A stretch of DNA of 64,000 nt from Octopus vulgaris (GCA_951406725.2 OX597818.1:81344001-81408000); one strand, 5' to 3'. Positions 12,770 to 26,600 are shown, numbered from the stretch's first letter. Program-made: numbers and translations. The notes: generated by a model not told the origin, from the letters alone.

Positions 12770-13600
12770 TTGGCTAGAACCATCGGTGGTGATGGTGGTG
12801 GTAGTGACGGCGGTTGGTGTGTGTGGTCAGTGGCGGTGGTGGTGGTGGTGTTGGTGTTGGTGCGGTAGTTAGTGTGGCTGGCTGGCTAAATGGTTGTCCA
12901 GTGAGGAAAATGGGGGCGGTGGCAGGTGCGTGTGTGTAGAGCGAGGAGAAGGAGGGGAGAAGGAAGAGGGGAAAAATGAGGGTAAAGGGTAAAGTGGAAG
13001 AGGAGATGGTGGCAGCGTCGGTGGTAGTTGTGGTGGTAGTGATTGTAGTTTGTGGCGGTGATGATTGCTGTGCGATGGTGATGGTGGTTGTGGTGATGGT
13101 GGTGGTGGTTGTGGTGTTGGTGATGGTGGTTCTTGTTGTGGTGCTGATGGTGGTGACGATGATTGAGGTAGTAGTGGTGGTACATTGTGATGAGTAGTTT
13201 TGATGATGGTAGCTTTGGTGGTGGTTGTTGGTGTGGTGTTTTGCGAGGATGAGGTGACGGTGGTGCTGGTAGAGATAGCATTGGTGGTTGCCACGGTAGT
13301 TTGTGGTGGCGGCGGCGCCGCTGTGCAACGATGGCGGTTTTGGTGGTGGTTGTGGTGGTGGTGGCGATAGTGGTGTTGCTGTTGGCGTAGTGGTGGTGGT
13401 GTTGGCGTTGGTGATAGTGGTGGTGCCGGTGGTGTCGAATGTGTGACATAGAGCGAAAGCGATGGAGAGTGAAGAAGAAAAAGGGAGGATTTGTTGGACA
13501 GGCGGTGGAATAGATGAAATTCAGGGCGAGAGTTCGTGGTAGTGGTGGTGGTGGTGGCGGTGGTAGTGGCGATGGTGGTGGTGGTGGTTGTGGTGTGGTG
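12770..13600. repeat. Degenerate (GGT)n low-complexity tract
   Basis: Visible directly; it produces spurious poly-H/T/P/V ORFs. Confidence 0.9.
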
Positions 13601-14425
13601 ACGAGGTATGGTGCGGGAAGCGGGATAACAAAATGTATCTTCATTTGTTTTCGTAATGTTCTGCGTAAATGGAAGATATTAATGGCGAAGAGCATTTACA
13701 ATTAATCTCGAGACGCATTTGAAGTTGTGTGGACATTAGCCGAGCTCATACATGTATGTATGTAAATGTGTGTATGTACGAGTGTGAATGTACGTGCATA
13801 TGTGTCTGTATCTATGTACGTATGTGTGTGTGTACGTGTCTATGTATGTATGTGTATATATTCACGTGTCTATGGATGTGTGTGTATGTATGCATATACA
13901 TGTATGTGAGTATTTGTGTATATGTGTATGTATGCGTCTATGTATCTATATATGCATATATTGTATGAGTGTATATGTGTATATATGTACGTATGTACAT
14001 ATGAATGTATGTCTACATATGTATGTATGCGCGTACGTATGTGTTGATATATATGCGTATGTATTGATATATATATATATATATATATATATTTCATATA
14101 TGTGTATATGTATTTATACAGACACATATATACACACCCGCATATATAAATACATTATATATAGACAAATACATATATCATACATACACGTGCACACATA
14201 TGTATGTGTGTATATATGCGTGAATATAATGTTTTGTAAGTTATTTAAATCTGCATATGCGTGTATGCATATGTGTTACTGCGTGCGCGCACGCATGTGT
14301 GTATGTGCATGCGTAGACATAGAAATAATTCAGTCTCTGTATGTAGGAATGTATGTATGTAAGTATGTACGTATGTATGTATGTTTGTATATATATTTAC
14401 TCAAGTTCATTATTATAAACATGAC

Positions 14426-14472
<47 letters not shown>

Positions 14473-14503
14473 TACATACATACATACATATATATATATA
14501 TGT

Positions 14504-14545
<42 letters not shown>

Positions 14546-14861
14546 TAGAATTACTGATATAGTGTTGGTTGATTGGTTAAAAAGTTCGTTTCACAACCAT
14601 GAAATCTCGCGTTCGATCTCACTGTCTGGTGCTTTTTGTATATGTTTCTGACTGGTCACGTGACCGAAACCGAATCGTCCGAAATAGTGTTGAACCTCAC
14701 GGGTGGGTCTCCCCTTGTAATTCAAAGATCAGGTCATGCGAAATACATCAATGGTACTAAATGGTTGAGTACATCACAGATACATATGTACGCATAAAGA
14801 CATATGTGCACCCTGAGAACTTTAGCTACTTTGTATGCAAATATAATGAATGAATCATTCT

Positions 14862-15258
14862 TTTCCTCCCTCTAGGCACAAGGCCCGAAATTTGTGGGTA
14901 GGGGGGGCAGTCGATTAGATCGACCCTGTACGCAACTGGTACTTAATTTATCAACCGCGAAAGTGTGACAGGCAAAGTCGACCTCGGCGCAATTTGAACT
15001 CAGAACGTAACGGCAGACGAAATACCTATTTCTTTACTACCCACAAGGGGCTAAACACAGAGAGCACAAACAAGGAAATACAAACGGATTAAGTCGATTA
15101 TATCGACCCCAGTGCGTAACTGGTACTTATTCAATCGACCCCGAAAGGATGAAAGGCAAAGTCGACCTCGGCGGAATTTGAACTCAGAACGTAGTGGCAG
15201 ACGAAATACCGCTAAGCATTTCGCCCGGCATGCTAATAATTCTACCAGCTCGCCGCCT
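14862..15258 (-). mobile_element. SINE (GGCGGCGAG family), tandem units
   Basis: Two AAAGTCGACCTCGGCG.AATTTGAACTCAGAACGTA blocks; ends CCAGCTCGCCGCC. Confidence 0.85.
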
Positions 15259-15414
15259 TGTTCTGGTGATCGAATAAATGAATAGTGATATTTCGAAAGC
15301 TTTTAGGCAGAAGAGTTCATCATTTTAGAGTTATAGATCTCCGTATATCACACACACACACACACGTGAGTATCACTTGGTTTTCAATTCAATGCAATTG
15401 ATATATATATATAT

Positions 15415-15702
15415 GGATAAGATCGTTAATTTAAATATCGATCTTATCAAGTGGCGAGCATGGGAATAAAAACCTTCAAAGGTAATTATTATTAAAATTA
15501 TAATTTAGGGTATCTAAGAGATACCACCACGCTAGAAATAGCAGTCAAAACTCGACTCTAAAGCCACATTAAATGTTCATACACCACCAGAAGAGAAGAC
15601 AAAAGGACAAATCAATCTATCCAGTAATGTTTTGCTAGTTAGAGTCAAGTTTTGACTGCTATTTCCAGCGTGGTGGTATCTCTTAGATACCCTAAATTAT
15701 AC
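15415..15702. repeat. PLE-type terminal sequence with a 60-bp inverted repeat
   Basis: About 15500-15560 and 15640-15700 are near-perfect reverse complements. The upstream TTATCAAGTGGCGAGCATGG resembles motifs at about 25615 and 38820. Confidence 0.6.
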
Positions 15703-15721
15703 TCTTAATAATAACAATAAC

Positions 15722-15831
<110 letters not shown>

Positions 15832-17246
15832 GTAACCCTGAAAAGAGGAAAACTAGTTAAGAGTAGCAACATCACACCAGATAAAACCAATGAAATAAAA
15901 GAACTAGACCAAAGTCAAACTTACAAATACTTAGGAATCCATGAACTCGATAAGACACAACACACACAAATGAAAGAGAAAATAAAAAAAGAATATGATA
16001 GACGAGTTAGATCAATACTAAAAACAGAGCTCAATGCTAAAAACAAGATAATAGGTATTAACACTTTAGCTGTCCCAGTTATAAGTTACAGCTACAATAT
16101 CCTTAACTGGACACTAAATGAACTGACCAAAATAGATAGTAAAACAAGAAAAATAATGACAGGATCTAGGATGCATCACCCAAAATCTGACATAGAAAGA
16201 CTAAATATACGACGTATAGAAGGTGGTAGAGGCCTTATACAGCTGGAAAACTACTAGCTGACAAATACAAACAAGAAATCATACCACCTAATAAATATGA
16301 AGAAGAAGATGAAGAAACAACAAAAGCTATAAAACAAATGAGATCCAAACTAAAAATAGAACAGCAACGAACCATGATAAAACGATGGCAAGAAAAGCAC
16401 CTTCATGGTAAATACTGGACTAAACTAAACGCAAAAGAAATAGACAAAGAAAAATCCCAGCAATGGTTGAGAAGCTCAGGACTCAAAGCAGAGACAGAGG
16501 GATTTTTAATTGCAGCACAAGACCAAAGCCTCCCCACCAGAAATTGCCAAAAACATGTAATGAAAAGAAATATAAGTAACTGCAGAATATGTGGAGATGG
16601 ACAAGAAACAATAAATCATATTATCTCTGGCTGCCCAGTCCTGGCTAAGAAGGAATATATTCACAAACATGACAGAGTTGGAACCTACATACACTGGAAG
16701 CTATGCCAACATTACGGAATAACAACAGAAAAAAGATGGTATAGGCACACACCAGAAAAGGTCACAGAAAACGAGAAAGCAACCATACTCTGGGATATGC
16801 CGATACACACAGATAGAGAAATTAAGGATAACAGACCAGATATAGTTGTCAGAGATCATGAAGAAAAAAAATGCTTTCTAACTGATGTATCAATACCGGC
16901 AGATGACAACGTGTCTCTAAAAGAAATGGAGAAACTCTCAAAATACAAAGACCTGGAAATAGAGGTAACCAGAATGTGGAATCTAAAAACTGAAACAATT
17001 CCTATCATAGTAGGTGCATTAGGCATGATAAAAAATATTCAGACAAATACATAACAAAAACACCAGGACTTACAAACACATATAACATACAGAAAATTGC
17101 ACTACTAGGCACTGCACACATCCTACGCAGAACACTTTCCATACAATAACCATCAGAGCATCACAACAAATCACAGCACATACCTAAGGCACACAGAGCT
17201 GCGCTCGGTAGTGAAGTGAAAGCACGCTATAAAAATAAAACTACTG
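15832..17246 (+). mobile_element. 5'-truncated Dong/R4-clade non-LTR retrotransposon inserted in (TAA)n
   Basis: RT thumb YKYLG and GGRGL; CCHC finger CRICGDGQETINHIISGC; RLE motif RPDIVV..TDVSIP..KLSKY. (TAA)n flanks both ends. Confidence 0.9.
16338..17054 (+). pseudogene. Dong/R4 C-terminal CCHC zinc finger plus restriction-like endonuclease fragment
   Basis: 238-aa ORF containing ETEGFLIAAQDQ, the CCHC finger and PD..D..K motifs. Confidence 0.85.
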
Positions 17247-17272
17247 AATAATAATAATAATAATAATAACAA

Positions 17273-17340
<68 letters not shown>

Positions 17341-17366
17341 ATAATAATAATATATATATACATATA

Positions 17367-18160
17367 TACGGTGTTCGTTCTAAGTTTGACGATTTTTTTG
17401 TGTATTCTATATTTTTTTTACAGGAAGAGCTTGATGTAATTGGTAACTAGTCAATAGCGTTGGTGAGTATAAGGATTAAAGTTGCAATTGAGAAAAAGTT
17501 AGCTGACATGAAGGACTGGAAGCCATCTGAATATTGGAAAAGAATCAGCTGTATCATGATGATTTGGGCCTTGAAGGAACTCAGGAAGCGTTCTGCGTCC
17601 GCACCCTGAACTCGTCCCAACCTCCTGAGGCTTAATTTAGACGGCTATGTGAAACTGCTGCAGATTGTGACCAAACCCTGGCTGCAAAGAGATTCTGCTG
17701 GAAGACCATACATTTGGCAGCAGGATCCAGTTCTCCATCCGGAAAGAATCAGAAGTGGTTGTCCGGGAATTTCTTCGACTTCACCAGCCCCAATTTCTAG
17801 CTTCCTAATTCCTCCGGTCATAATCCTATGAAATGCAATGTCTGGAGGGCTGTTGAGAAAGACAGCAACAGCTCTGTTTGCGACACCAAGGCCGAGCTGG
17901 TGGTCAAGATAAAAGAGGAGTTCGAAGATCATCCTAGTGTTCCAATGAGAAAAGAATGCGTCAGTTTTCGGAGTTGTCTTGAAACCGCGGTGCAGGCTAA
18001 GGGCGGCTCCTTTGAGTGAATTGTTATCTTTCAGCCATAACTAGTTGTTATTTTTGAACTTTTAAAGATAATTTTTTTAAAGATATCTTTATTTTTCGAT
18101 GGGATATTGTTTTCTTTTCTTTTCGGGCAAACTGTCAAATACAACTCATGCACCTTGTAT
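17367..18160 (+). mobile_element. Internally deleted Tc1/mariner (DD37D-like) element
   Basis: YVKLLQIVTKPWL..GRPYIWQQD and NVWRAVEK..LETAVQAKGGSFE; imperfect TIRs with TA. Confidence 0.65.
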
Positions 18161-18189
18161 ATAGTAGCCCATGAATGGAAGTGATGTCA

Positions 18190-18382
18190 CAGTAATCCCG
18201 CGCCATATCGCGGTTTATTATGTAAGCTTACATCGATTCATCCTTGGTGTAGTTCTGCATTTACAATGAAATAAATATATACAAATTATAAAAATAATAA
18301 TAAAAAATGTACAATACAGTACTGTTTCTAATTCGCGGATTTTCACCTATCGCGGAGGGTTTTGGAACGTAACACCTGAGAT
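18190..18382. mobile_element. pogo/Tigger-type MITE fragment
   Basis: CAGTAATCCCGCG start and CGCGGA..GGAACGTAAC block shared with 9283-9490. Confidence 0.55.
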
Positions 18383-18751
18383 ATATTTATTCTTTCATTA
18401 CGATCATTTCAATACTACATGGTTCAAACATGAATATAAATGATATGTAATGTTACAACCTCTTATATTTGATTCATGTTGTGAGAGAAAGGATAAACGA
18501 AAACTGTCTATTTGTTGGCATTGTGTTAACCGGCGTTCGCTGGAGTGTTATCTGAGAAAACCGGAATGTGTATGTGCATGCGTGTGTGCATGTGTGTGAT
18601 CGCATGAATGTGTACAATGTCCAGTAAAAGAAAAATCAAATCTAAATTATTGATGTTTTAGCAGCAAACACACAGTATACATCGACTCTAACCATCACAT
18701 AAAATAGCCATTCGAAAATAGTTAGCACCTGCAAAATAACTGTGTGCATCC

Positions 18752-18782
<31 letters not shown>

Positions 18783-19254
18783 CTTAAAAATACACACACA
18801 CAAACACACACTGTACAGATAAAAGTGTATATTATATGTATTTCCTTCTTTGTTCCCTTTTAGATGCCATGTAAGGAATGTAGGACATGTCTGTCTGTTT
18901 ATCTGCCCATCAGCCCGTCTGTCTGTCCGTCTGTTTGTCTGTCTTTACATACATACATGCATACATACATACGTACATACATACATGCGTACATACGTAC
19001 GTACGTACATATATACATACATTCCTTACAGGGTGCGGCCAAAGCTAAGTAGGAATTTTACATGGGCAAATTTTGTAAAACTGCAAAGTAACTTTATGGA
19101 TTTTACATGGGTAAAATTTGGAAATTTGGATTATACTGATAAAACTAATCCATGCATGCGGGATAATCTGTGGCATTTGCTTCCATTTTTAATGTAGTGA
19201 ATGCAGTATAGCTAGAAATGACTTTTAGGACAAAAGGCTTCCGTAGTCAACTAT

Positions 19255-19460
19255 ATCTTTTTATCTTAACTTTTACTTATTTTAATCATTGAATTGCGGC
19301 TATACTGGGGCATCGTATTGAAGGGTTTAGTTGAGCAAATAGCCCCTAATACTTATTTTCAAACTTTAGTACTCATTCTGTCGGATTCTTCTGCCGAAAA
19401 GAGGTAAACCAACCAACACAGGTTGTGATGCAGTCCTGCGGGGCAAAAATAACAGCTAGC
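19255..19460 (-). mobile_element. SINE 3' part (419-816 family)
   Basis: TTTTACTTATTTTAATCATTG..GCGGC..GCCGAA..GTAAAC.AACCAAC. Confidence 0.6.
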
Positions 19461-19501
19461 ACACACACACACACACACACATACACACACACACACACAC
19501 A

Positions 19502-19548
<47 letters not shown>

Positions 19549-19699
19549 TTAGGGAAAAGTTTCGTTGTTGAAGAGTATTTATTTCTACGTAGTGAGTTGC
19601 GGTGAAGGAAATTAAAAAAAAATTATTTGTGAGATAAGCTATTAACATTATCAACAGGTTTCGCTTTTGCTAACCATGACTAAGAAATTAGTGAATATA

Positions 19700-20269
19700 T
19701 TTCACGCTATCATAAGAGGTTTTTAGCCCCTGTTAGTAGCAGGAAAGATTTTTCGTAAATAAATTATCTGTTAGTGAGTGTGAATAGAACCTCCCGACTA
19801 GGGTGGTTTTAAGGTGATGAAGTCGAAGGTCCCGAGGATTGGAACCAGACACTATTGTGTTATCTTTTTCACTAAATTAAAGGGAATATCTATTTTAATG
19901 TGTTTCAGGTGGTTTGAATTAAACAGAAATTATTACTTCGAGTTTGTAGGTTTATAATAAATATCAGTTTCAATTTGACTTATTTACCAAAATATTAAGA
20001 AATGGGAGTTTCTCCTTACTGTACTCCATAGTTTATTAAATATTTGGATTTAAATTAAGTAGCGATTTAAATTAAAAAAACTTCCCAATATTTCAATTCT
20101 AAATTACAAAATAGTCATCCAGATATCTTTTACTCTTCTCTTCATATATATAGATAATAAGTATCCATATTTTTGCAGAGGTATTTTATCTATAGTTAAT
20201 TCTAAATATCTCGTTATTATGTTCGCAACAACTAGGGTTACTTTTGTTCCCACAGCTATCCCACATTTT

Positions 20270-20270
<1 letters not shown>
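19700..20270 (-). mobile_element. Penelope-like RT core remnant
   Basis: CGIAVGTKVTLVVANII (cf. GxAMGTxxAPxxANL), a frameshifted RYLDD motif, and ETDIYYKPTNSK. Confidence 0.7.
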
Positions 20271-20325
<55 letters not shown>

Positions 20326-20339
20326 CATACATACATTAT

Positions 20340-20485
20340 TTTCAGTTTTTGTATGCGAAATCCTCTCACAAGATCTTGGGCAGGCCAAGGACTTAGTAGA
20401 AAACACTCATCTAAGGTGTCACGCAATGGGATTGAACCGAAGACAACATTGATGGGCACCAAGCTTCTCAACCATATTATCCATA
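20340..20485 (-). mobile_element. SINE head fragment
   Basis: CCTCTCACAAG..AAGGTGTCACGCAATGGGATTGAACC..AAGCTTCTCAACCA. Confidence 0.6.
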
Positions 20486-21349
20486 CCTGAGAATAAAAAT
20501 CAAACCAAAACAAACAAACAAAAACAAACTAAAAAAGCTCTGTAAACATCTGTTCAATTAGTTGGATAGTTTATTGAAAATCTAGTCACATTGTCAATAA
20601 TTTTCCTTGAAAGTGTACCGCTATGCAGATTTAAGAATTCCCATAATTAAACGAAACTAGCTTTACGTGCTCTTTTTATAGCAGTGTTCATTATGATTTT
20701 ACTGAAGTCTCAGTACTGAGGATGATTAGGTTATTTAATCTTTCCTGTGTCATTCTGCTCCTGAAGATCTTCTTGAGGAGTTTAAGTTTGCTGAAATATC
20801 TCTCTAGAGATTCCACTATAACTAACAATATTCAGAATATTGGCAATACAAGAAATAAATTTGATAAATATTACTTTAACTTGTACATATTTTTAATGTC
20901 TTTTAAAATTGATGTGACTTCGTATCTCGAAATTTCATTTTTACATATATACATATATGTGAGTACGTATGTATGTCTGTATATATATACACACATACAC
21001 GCACATTGATGTTAGTATATGTGTACACACGCGTGTGAGCGTGTTGAATAACAGGCTGGTTAAGGTCTTTGTCTTAAACTTCCGTGGACGTGAAGAGCAA
21101 AATACGAACAGCTCCTCGGATATTTATCTGCTTTTTCCCGCCCAGGACACTTTAAGTAAAATGACTAGCTCAACGTCACTTATATGTGTTGAGTGCCACT
21201 TTTATTCATTTGTTCACTCACTTGTGTACACAAATACACACTTATATATATACTTATATATATATATATGTATATACATACATACATACATATATATATA
21301 TACATGTACACAACACATACACACACAGACACACCACCTGTCAGTGGGC

Positions 21350-22130
21350 GCCTGCCTTTGAGAAATTTGGTGTGTGTAATTAAGGATGTTCTTTTGGCAT
21401 CAACAATGGTCAAAACTTTTGTTTCAAATCACCAATTGGAACTTCCATCCCCCAATCTCTTGGAAGTGTAGCTTCTCATTATTTCGCACCATCACTGCAT
21501 GTGTTCAGGTAACACTTTCTGTTCGATTCTTAATCAACTTTAGTGTACTTCAGGGTTCGGCGTACCTTAGGGTTCCCCTATTTCTTCTATAAATGAAAGA
21601 ACGACTTGTACACTGATATGACTGATAGTTTATCCCGAACGACTTATTCACAGCCAAGATGTCACACTCCTAGCCTGCACAGATTCATGAATGCAAACCT
21701 GGAAAGTTCTCTCTAGAGGAATCATACACTTCTTTTTTCTTTCAAAGTAAACACCATAGTCCTAACTAAACATGAGCTTCATTCAGTTTGTGCCCTCATA
21801 ATAGCCTCAAATGCGAGACAACATTATCACTTATGATAGCTCTTTGCAAAAGCACGCTCTTAAAATAGCTATAGACGTATCCTCAAAGATCGGCCTTTCT
21901 CTTCATAGCCAGAAAATTTGCTGACACACTACAAATGGAAATAAGGTTCACAATGGTGTATTTCTTATACATCTGGTATGATCTGGTTGCTACGTACACA
22001 AATATTTTGGACTGCATCAATAGAAAGGTCACTCTATATCGAATGGCATAAAATCCCATATACACATGCTACAGTGTCTAGCCATCAAGTTAGCCATCTC
22101 TTCTCCCTGCCTTTCTTAATGTTACTATAA
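21350..22130 (+). mobile_element. Decayed APE-type LINE RT (CR1/L2/Jockey-like)
   Basis: SVLQGSA.L..PLFLL (cf. GVPQGSVLGPxLF) and a downstream LD.INRK-like remnant. Confidence 0.4.
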
Positions 22131-22134
22131 TGTT

Positions 22135-22400
22135 GAATGGCCAAGTGATTTAGCGTGTTGCACTTACAGTCATAGCATTGTGATTTCGATTTCCGAATAA
22201 AGGCGATGCATTGTGTTTTGAGCAAAATATTTTATAACACATTGTCCCCGTTCCACTCATGTGTAAACCAGCAATACCTGGAAAGCTTGCCTGGACCGGC
22301 ATCGGGACGTTATACTGTTCAGGGAACAGTGCTGTAGCATCTGTTACTTAAACACAATTAAAACCGGGTTCAATTCTGGCCTGTGAGTCCAAAGGTTTAT
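22135..22400 (+). mobile_element. tRNA-derived SINE with CORE-like middle and V-like tail, diverged
   Basis: A box TGGCCAAGTGA, B-box-like TTTCGATTTCC, TGTGTTTTGAGCAAAATA and GGACCGGCATC. Confidence 0.55.
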
Positions 22401-22479
22401 GACACACAGAACCGCTATAATGTTTTCTGTTCCTTGGATTTGATTTGTCTTGTGCGAAGTGATTTCGAAACGTTCACGG

Positions 22480-23376
22480 ACTGGTTCTGTAGTGAGCTAA
22501 GAGATGGCAGCACATGGTTGCGTACGCATGAGTAGCTAGCAATGATCTTCGGGAGGCATTGTGCTGAAAGACATCGCTATGTTTACTCCGAAAGTTGTGA
22601 AATTTGTGTTTTCTGATCATGTGTATGCTGTAGTCTGTGATCTTGTCATGGACAGACACAAAGAGCCAACGTGAAGTTTTGCGTTAATCTTGGGAAGCCT
22701 GTTAGAGAGATTTTGAGTATGCTTCGGCAAGCTTACGGCGACGAGGCAATGGGTTATACTCAATGTTTGAAGTAGCACGGGCGCTTCAAAAGAGGAAGAA
22801 CGTAACTAGAACACGATGAGTAATTTGGAAGACCTGCCTCAAGCGTCACACCCGGAAGTGTGGTATTGTGCATCGTAAATTCGTTCCTCCCCCCAGGGCC
22901 AGATTGTCAATCGAGAGTTCTACTGCGACGTTTTGATGTATTTCAAGGAGGACATTTGGCGAAAGCAACCGGATCTGTGGAGCGTGAAGAATTGGATTTT
23001 TCACAAACAACAATGCACCCCTATCACAGAACTCTTTTCACTCGTGAGTTTCTCGCCAAAAATCAACTTGGTATGGCTTTCGCTCCAACCCTATTCGCCA
23101 GATTTAGCGGATTTCCATCTCTCTCCCCAACATGAAAATGCAACACAAAGGTAGCCGTTTTAACACCTTTGTTGAGATCAAGAGCGAATCGCAGAATGTC
23201 CTCGACTCGCTTACGGAAAACTACTTCTATGGTGGATTCCAAAAGTGGCAGGAACGCAGGGATCGGTGTATGACTGCGCCAAGTGACTATTTCGAAGGAG
23301 ATGATATTAAAACCTAGTTAAAAAGATATGTTTTATTAAACAAAACCAATCCGGGAACCTTTTAATACCAACTCAT
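22480..23376 (+). mobile_element. mariner remnant (irritans-like), internally deleted
   Basis: QRANVKFCVNLGK..MLRQAYGDEAM, PYSPDLADF and FQKWQERRDRC..DYFEGD; right TIR ends CAACTCATA. Confidence 0.8.
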
Positions 23377-23596
23377 ACATGAATACTCGGGTACATTTGA
23401 CACGCTCACTTTTTTTTCTCCCATAGCTTATTTGGATCTACAGGGTATCGTCACGCTTCGCCAGAAGTAGGCCATCATTGACTAAAGGGTAGAGACTAAA
23501 AACTCAGACGTTTTTTTCAATGAAGAAAAACTCGGTCTCCATAGTTGAAAAGTCCATGAGGGCATGGCCTCTTATGAATCATTGTTGTCTGTCTAA

Positions 23597-23769
<173 letters not shown>

Positions 23770-23991
23770 GATCGATCTATCTACCTATCTATCTTAATCT
23801 CTCTGTGTCTCTGTCTGTCTCTCTCTCCAATTCCCTATTTATTAATCTACCTATGAATACACACACACATATATATATACAAATATATATATATATATAT
23901 ATATATACGTACATATATATATATATATGCATATATATATACACATACACACACATATATATATACACACAATCATACATTAATATGTATG

Positions 23992-24043
<52 letters not shown>

Positions 24044-24643
24044 CATACACAATCATATATGTATGTGTGCGTGTGCGTGTGGCTGTGCGTGTGCATATGT
24101 GAATTGATCTAGTATTTCTTTTTATTTCTTCATCATGTATCAAGTGAGATAACACACACACACACACACATACACACACACGCACACACGCGTATACACA
24201 CACATACGCACACGCACATACGGACACACACGTCTTTGAGTGTTTGTGTATTACACAATCCAATAAAACAAATCATATTTTATATCCATTACCATTACTA
24301 CTACTACTACTACTACTACCACAACCACTACCGATACTATCTCCAACACCATCACAACCACAACACCACACCGCAACCATATCTACATTTACTACCACCG
24401 GCACAACCACCACCAGAGCTACAGTAATAGCCACTTCCACCACCATCACCACTATTAATACGCAAATGTAAACTCGAGTCACTTTGAATTTTTCCGATCG
24501 AAGTATTTACGATGAACAAAATATCGATTAGGAGGTTATAATTTGCCTCTTATATCGAAGCTGAGTGGAGTCACCATGGAAACAAATACTCGAGAATCTC
24601 AGAGAAGAGAGCTACCACGGTTTCAAACTCAAATGATGTATGC

Positions 24644-24689
<46 letters not shown>

Positions 24690-24840
24690 TTATATATATA
24701 TAAATATACATACATATGTATATATTTCATACATGTACTCACATACACACTTGTATCAATATATATGTTTGTATACATACATATATACATACATGTATAT
24801 ATATATATATATAAATAAATACACTAATATACGAAACTAA

Positions 24841-24874
<34 letters not shown>

Positions 24875-25543
24875 TATATACATATCATGTGTATATGTTT
24901 GTGTCTGTGTTTGTAAAAAAATATTTGTTTGTGTAACTGTGTTCATATTTGAGTGTGCATATATGTGTTTGTGTGTGTGAGAGAGATGAGAAAGGGAGAG
25001 AGAGAGAGAGACAGGGCGCGAATGTCTGTTATACTTTCATACGGGTGTAGTAAAATTTTTGTTGATATAAAGAAACACACAGAAATTGCTCCACATAAGC
25101 CTGGTATTTGACGGTATATCTGGATTCTGAGCGAGACTTAACGCAAATGAAGACAATGGTTTTCGAATATGAAACAATAGAAGTCAAAAGGCAGCAATAA
25201 CAAATACTTCAACAAAATATGTGTGCGTGTGTGTGTGTTCAGAAGAGAAATCAACGTAAAATCTTCAAAATCATGTGTACAAGAAAGACGTTTAGAAAAA
25301 AAGTCGGCTATTAGAGATCTAAGAAGATTAACAAAGGCAATAGATGCAATGCACATGCACACATACGCACATACATATATGTGTGTGTGTATGTATGTAT
25401 GTGTGTATCTATCTATCTATATATCTATCACATCTATATAAACTCCTGCACATGTACACACGTATGGGCGCGTATAGGAGGAGCTCATCATGAAACAGCG
25501 AAAGCTGTGTTTCCTCCCATAGAACATCATAATCATATATATC

Positions 25544-25576
<33 letters not shown>

Positions 25577-25582
<6 letters not shown>

Positions 25583-26340
25583 TGTAGGATAAAATTATTT
25601 TCGGGAAAAAAATGTCATCAATGGCCAGCATATCAAAAAATACCTTTAAAGGTTAAATTTATAAATAATTTACAAGATAAGGGCAAAAGAAAAATTCTAA
25701 TGCCAAATATGCCGAAACAAAAATTGTCAATAACCATCATAATTTATGTGTCTCGAAACAAACCGATAGAAATTTCTAAAAAATTCGTTATTACCGTATT
25801 GGTCCAATTTCGGAGTTAATTCATGAGAATTTTCTCCTCTTCAGCGGCAAATACGCGAGATATAAGTGAAATACCTGCTCATAACCATGGAAAAAGCAAG
25901 CACTAAGTCCTGAGCAGACCTAAGTACCCCAAATATATCCAAAATAGAAAATCTTCGGCACATCTCGAGACACGTGTGATTCGAACTAGAAACCTTCACA
26001 GAATGAGAGAATCCGGAAATGAACACTATTCAATTTATAATTAATGTAGGATAAAATGTTTTTAGGGAAAAAAATTTTATCAATGGCCTGCATATCAAAA
26101 AATACCTTTAAAGGTTAAATTTATAAATAATTTACAAGATAAGGGCAAAAGAAAAATTCTAATGCCAAATATGCCGAAACAAAAATTAACTCCGAAATTG
26201 GACCAATACGGTAATAACGAATTTTTTAGAAATTTCTATCGGTTTGTTTCGAGACACATAAATTATAATGGTTATTGACAATTTTTGTTTCGGCATATTT
26301 GGCATTAGAATTTTTCTTTTGCCCTTATCTTGTAAATTAT
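25577..26340. mobile_element. Non-autonomous PLE: direct pLTR repeats plus an inverted pLTR
   Basis: About 25577-25726 is repeated directly at about 26039-26187. 26186-26340 is the reverse complement of about 25666-25820. Contains a hammerhead. Confidence 0.8.
25791..25850 (-). ncRNA. Type I hammerhead ribozyme with palindromic stem III
   Basis: UUGCCG CUGAAGA GGAG-AA-AAUUC-UCAU-GAAUU-AA-CUCC GAA AUUGG-A-CCAAU A CGGUAA. Full core, stems I and II paired, AUA cleavage triplet. Confidence 0.85.
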
Positions 26341-26419
26341 ATATATATATTTAACGGCGGTGCATCAGCATGGCCACAGCTCTGAGCTGAAACTAGAAAA
26401 AAAAATATATATACGATAT

Positions 26420-26600
26420 ATCGCTAGCCACTACGCATTCTTTATTTTCTCTCCTTGTTTCTTTCTGTATTCCTTTCTGTGGAAGAGCGTAGGCTCGAAA
26501 CGTAAAAGACTTTTTCACTTCCCGAGCGTTATACTAATACATCTGTTTAGCGTCTACACCACCTGTCTTCGTCTTTTGTTTTTTTTTGTGTGTGAATTCT
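26420..26600 (+). mobile_element. Short PLE-derived element with a hammerhead-like variant (CUGUGGA core)
   Basis: CTTT-CTGTGGA-A-GAGC-GTAG-GCTC-GAAAC-GT-A-AAAG at 26473-26508; second copy at 37995-38142. Confidence 0.65.

Noticed and set aside
7980-14521. Many long YI/CV/HT-rich ORFs (also elsewhere in the window)
   Set aside because: They are translations of (TA)n, (TG)n, (TATG)n and (GGT)n microsatellites.
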